A stretch of DNA of 53,214 bases from Octopus bimaculoides (Eukaryota): assembly GCF_001194135.2 (NCBI RefSeq), contig NC_068995.1, positions 38,160,235 through 38,213,448 of the forward strand. The letters run 5' to 3'. The position numbers were made by a program, and so were the translations under genes. Of the stretch, positions 48,791-53,214 are shown one piece after another. Below the pieces are notes generated by a model, which was given only the letters and a program-made list of their open reading frames with translations, was not told where the DNA came from and did not search any database. Each line of letters opens with the position of its first letter. Within the stretch, counting starts at the first letter, position 1.

Positions 48791-50481
48791 CTTTAGATAT
48801 TATAACCCCTAAGTCCTCTCTTTTAGTTATATGCACTTCAACACCTCCTCTCATTAACTACTCCCACGTTAGATCCTGCCTACCACAACTCAGACACCTA
48901 ATTAACAAAGCCCGTACTCTACCCCTAACCTAACTATGTACCTTAATAATTTTATTTACCATCGAATAGCTAGATTATGACCACATAATATACACACATT
49001 TTTAATAAACCGGATCCATAATCCCAAACCTATGGATATAGTTCTACTTTTCAGTCACTGACTCGAAACTCTCCAATGACACTACAATACACAATAATAA
49101 CACGAAATAACACTAATCAAGGCTTTTAAAATAATTTTTACCTTTATTTTCTTTATTCTACTATTTTTATATTTTTATTTTTTATTTTTTATTTTATTTT
49201 TTGTTTTTTATATTTTATTGTTATTTTATTTTCATATATATATATATATTATTTTATTTATATATATATATATTTTATTTTCTCAATTTTTATATATTTT
49301 ATATTTTCACTTTATACTTTTACATTTTTATTTTATACTCTTTAATTTCTTTATTTTAATTTTTTAATTTCTTTATTTTTTATTTTTTTATCTTTTATTT
49401 AAAAAAATTTTTTTATCTCTTATTTTTTATTTTTTATTTCTTATTTTTTGTATTATTAATAGGGGTGCTATTATTTCCTATCACTATTATACTATATTAC
49501 TACGGTTGAAATGCCCCCAATACTCTGTATTTTGAATTTTAACGTCCAATATACTTTATTTCCCTTTTCTTGTTGACATTTTCTGATTATTCATTCTTTA
49601 AGGTCTTATATGTTCTAATTACCCTTTCCACTTCCTTCACCCTTCATCATCTAGATAAGTGTTTGTACCAATATAATAGATAAGTTCGTATACTTAAGTT
49701 GTAATGCGCCTAGTTTGACCACTCACCACAAGAATATCATATTTCAAGTTTACTCTAGCCTGACGCTACTTATTTACGCCCCACCACTGATATAGGCAGA
49801 CACAACTCATATATATCTATCCCTTACGACCTTTAAGATCTCTGTATCTATATCTATTTATCTTCTTCTTCTACATTTAGATTTTTCCTCACCACCCTTC
49901 TCCAACCCGTCTAAATAGCTTAGATGTATCTTACTTTACTATCCAGATTTTCTCTTATTGTTTCTTAGATTACCCACCCCACCGATTTGACTCCTTTTAT
50001 TTTTATCTTTGTATGAATATCGGAGTATTATTTTCTTTCTTCTTAGTATTTTATATTCCTTACTTTATTATATATTATTATTTCATTTTTGTTATATTGT
50101 TTTAACCACCAACTTATTCCCTCCTTTAACACTACGCTTCTAACTAATATAAAATAGTATTGTTTACTTAGCGCTCACTACACACTGAATTGTGGCAAGG
50201 TATGGACGGATTCCGGAGTACCGAGGAAATTATGTATAAATATATCATTTTAAGAATTCTACGAGGTATATTACAATGCAAAATACCAAACGGAACCTCA
50301 CCTCTTATATCTCAACTTTCTTCCTCCTTTAACGTCTATGTGATATAACTCTTGGGAGAGAATACATTTGCGGCTAAATATAGCTTTATACTGTCAATTA
50401 TACACTGATGTAACAACTATAAAGCTTGAAACACGTGTACCGCAGAATCCTTTGTGTTTTGTTTTTACTTTTGCATTTACA

Positions 50482-50512
<31 letters not shown>

Positions 50513-51332
50513 ATGCGGAATAAATCGATGAACTTCCTTTTATATATAACAAACCATTTTTCTATTTTATGGCTAAAACTACATACAGAAATATTCTTCA
50601 ACAATGCGAAGCCTTTCAATTATCATTGTATCTTATTAATTGTTTTTTCTTTAATTTGCTAGGAGCACAGAAGCAAAATCTCCACATTCAACAACTTCAA
50701 ATAACAGATAAAGAATTCAATATAAGTTACACAGCAACAAGTAAAAATGAAATTAAAGTTGATTTATTTTTGATGGAAATAAAGATGATATTAAAATTCG
50801 TTTCATTTCCTGGAACTCCGAATCAAAAAGAAGACTGGTCATATATTTAAATAATTTAAAAATTTTGACAGCGAAGCCTGTTAGTAAAGATAATGAATTT
50901 TACACATAAATATGTCCGTATATCATCTATTATATATCATACTATTGATTTCGACATCGTATAAGTGTTGGAGCAATAAGTGTGATCTTAGATAAAAAGT
51001 AAATTATATTCACCTGACCTGGAAAGATGACATTAAATAATAGCATAATAGAAATGAAGATGTAATAAGTGAAATGTGGTTCAGTGAGTTTCAGATATTT
51101 AATATAGCATTAAATAAATTTACAAAGCATGGGAAAGAATACCTCTCTAAAATAGACGAGAGTCTTTAATGTATACGTACATTCAACTGTACAGTTAATC
51201 TATCTATCTATCTATCTCTATCTCTCTCTCTCTCTCTATCTATATGTCTGTCTGTATGTCTGTCTGTCTGTCATTCTGTATGTCTGTCTGTCTGAATCTA
51301 TCTTTCTCTCTCTCTCCCCATGTGTGTGTATG

Positions 51333-51391
<59 letters not shown>

Positions 51392-52327
51392 TCTGAATGA
51401 ACCCTGTGCTATTTATCTGTTTCACTGGAGCATCAAATGTCACGGAGTCAAAGCAACATGAAAATAAGCAACTAGTAAAACATCATCCATTAAACTGGAT
51501 CTTAATTTTTTAATGAACGAGGTTAATATTTATAAGAAACATTTTCCCTCTTAAAGGCATGAACTATTTACTATTGTCTTCCCACTTTCTTACTCCTCTC
51601 CTTTTCTTAATTCTTCACAAACTTCGCCAATTTTTTTCAGCAATTGGAGTCTGTATGAAAGTTCAGTGGAAGAGTCTCAATGTTTATGAATAGATGTTAC
51701 CCTGCGATTAGTCAAGAAAGATCACCTGTTGTCACGGTTTGATATTTGTATTTTAGAGAGAATTACTTGTAAATACTGCATGGGGAATAGGAAATCTACT
51801 GCGTCGTGGACAGGAAATCGATCACGTGGTTAAGCGTGGAAGTAGGTGCGGGAGTATATACGTATATATGTGTACATTATTTCAATTACGGCCTTACAAC
51901 GGTGAGATATGGAGTTCAACAAATTAGCACAAATATCACTTGGAAACTTCTGCAAATTTTTTCAATACAATTAAATACTTGGGACAAAAAAATTCGTTTT
52001 TTAGCATGAACTGTTTTAGAAATGTTAATTTATAAATTTTCTATCGGATTCAAATCCGGGCTCTGCGTGGGCCACTCAATAACCACCATATTATTGCGCT
52101 CAAAAAGAATATATATATAAACAATATATAGAATGAGTATAGAAATGAAATTTAAAAGCTCATAATGGGATACCTTAATATATAAGAAGAACTACTAAGA
52201 TTTTTCCTAAGCATAAAAATTGGGCATTTAAACACTTAATGAATGTATTGCATGGTTAAAAAAAAATTACTAAAATAAGGATTCCCTTGTCAGTAAATTA
52301 TATAAAATGACCTTATATATATATATA

Positions 52328-52760
52328 CTAGCAGTATAAGTCTTGCTAGGTGAAAATCAACTAAAAAAGAAAGCCTTACAATGAAAAAACCCTTATGATG
52401 TAAATATGTTCATAATTCAAAAGACGAAATTAATAGGGGAAGTCTGAAGGCTGTTTTGTGTAACATTATTAAGTGTACGTAAATTTCATCCGTCTAATTG
52501 GCTATACAAATGCTTGTGCAAAACAACTTTTTGCGCTGCCTTGATTACACATAGCAGGGTAATTCCTTTTCGCAGGTGGTAGGACGGCAATTTCTGATAA
52601 AGCAATTGCTGGCGATCTGTTGCTACACAGTTCTGCCAGAATTCTATCAGATTGGGCAGTAGATAATGATGCACTGTTTTGCATTATGTTCAAAGTAACT
52701 TCTTGAATGTGGTGAATTGCTGCAGTCTGTTGCTGTCTTTTTAAACGGAGGTATAATCTA
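52328..52760 (-). mobile_element. Internally deleted Helitron remnant
   Basis: The minus strand ends ..ACTGCTAG|T at 52331-52328. Upstream ILAELCSNRSPAIALSEIAVL, CNQGSAK and MLHKTAF resemble PIF1 helicase motif Ia and the segments flanking Walker B. Confidence 0.5.
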
Positions 52761-52832
52761 TGTACATATTAAACAGAACAACAAAAGCTATAACAGATGG
52801 GAGGGTGGGTAGTTTTCACATTTCGGTGATTT

Positions 52833-52922
52833 TTCAGATTAACACCCGCACGATTACGTAACCCTAACCCTAAAACCGTAACCCTAATACCCTAGTGAAA
52901 ATCGTGCGGGTGTTAATCTGAA
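52833..52922. repeat. Perfect 23-bp inverted repeat enclosing telomere-like (CCCTAA) units
   Basis: ttcagattaacacccgcacgatt (52833-52855) and aatcgtgcgggtgttaatctgaa (52900-52922) flank acgtaaccctaaccctaaaaccgtaaccctaataccctagtgaa. Confidence 0.9.
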
Positions 52923-53214
52923 CAATAATAATAATGACCTCTGCAGATGAAACTCCCAACCAACAACTAAGTCTTAAGTGCATATATATATGGGAAACAT
53001 ACACACACATACACACTAAAGAAAAAAAATGTTAGTAAGTACAGAACTTCAGCATTATATATTAAGATGGGCAACACACACACACACTAAAAAAATGACA
53101 GGTATTTGTATGTATGTGTGTATTAATGTGTATTCTGTGTCTATATATAGTAGTAAGTAAATGCGTTTCAAGAAAGATATTTACAAAATTCAGTTTGTAA
53201 GGAATAAATGTTTG

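Noticed and set aside
49140-49460. Long T-rich tract
   Set aside because: Low-complexity sequence trailing a Penelope-like remnant; no specific structure supported.
177-51443. Many HTHT, CVCV, YIYI, SLSL, ERER and poly-Q/Y/C ORFs
   Set aside because: Translations of dinucleotide and trinucleotide microsatellites, with no protein homology.

Overview
AT-rich, microsatellite-dense eukaryotic genomic DNA with about 15 N-gaps. It is most likely from an octopus or other coleoid cephalopod, inferred from the gene family and repeat content. The window holds part of a tandem array of intron-less, nicotinic-receptor-like Cys-loop channel genes that lack the acetylcholine-binding residues, matching the cephalopod chemotactile receptor (CR) family. 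All four copies are on the + strand: a 3' fragment fused to a Helitron remnant (2798-3127), a 5'-truncated pseudogene with multiple lesions (4544-5461), an intact 382-aa gene (11070-12218), and a divergent paralog (40480-41579). In that paralog the fourth transmembrane helix sits in the -1 frame, and a canonical U_UUA_AAC slippery heptamer lies in the correct phase just before the zero-frame stop. The rest is degraded transposable-element DNA: four tRNA-head SINE families, Penelope-like RT/GIY-YIG remnants with hammerhead-like traces, Helitron, hAT-like, Tc1/mariner, R4/Dong-like and HERO-like pieces. All family assignments come from motif recognition by eye; no database searches were run.
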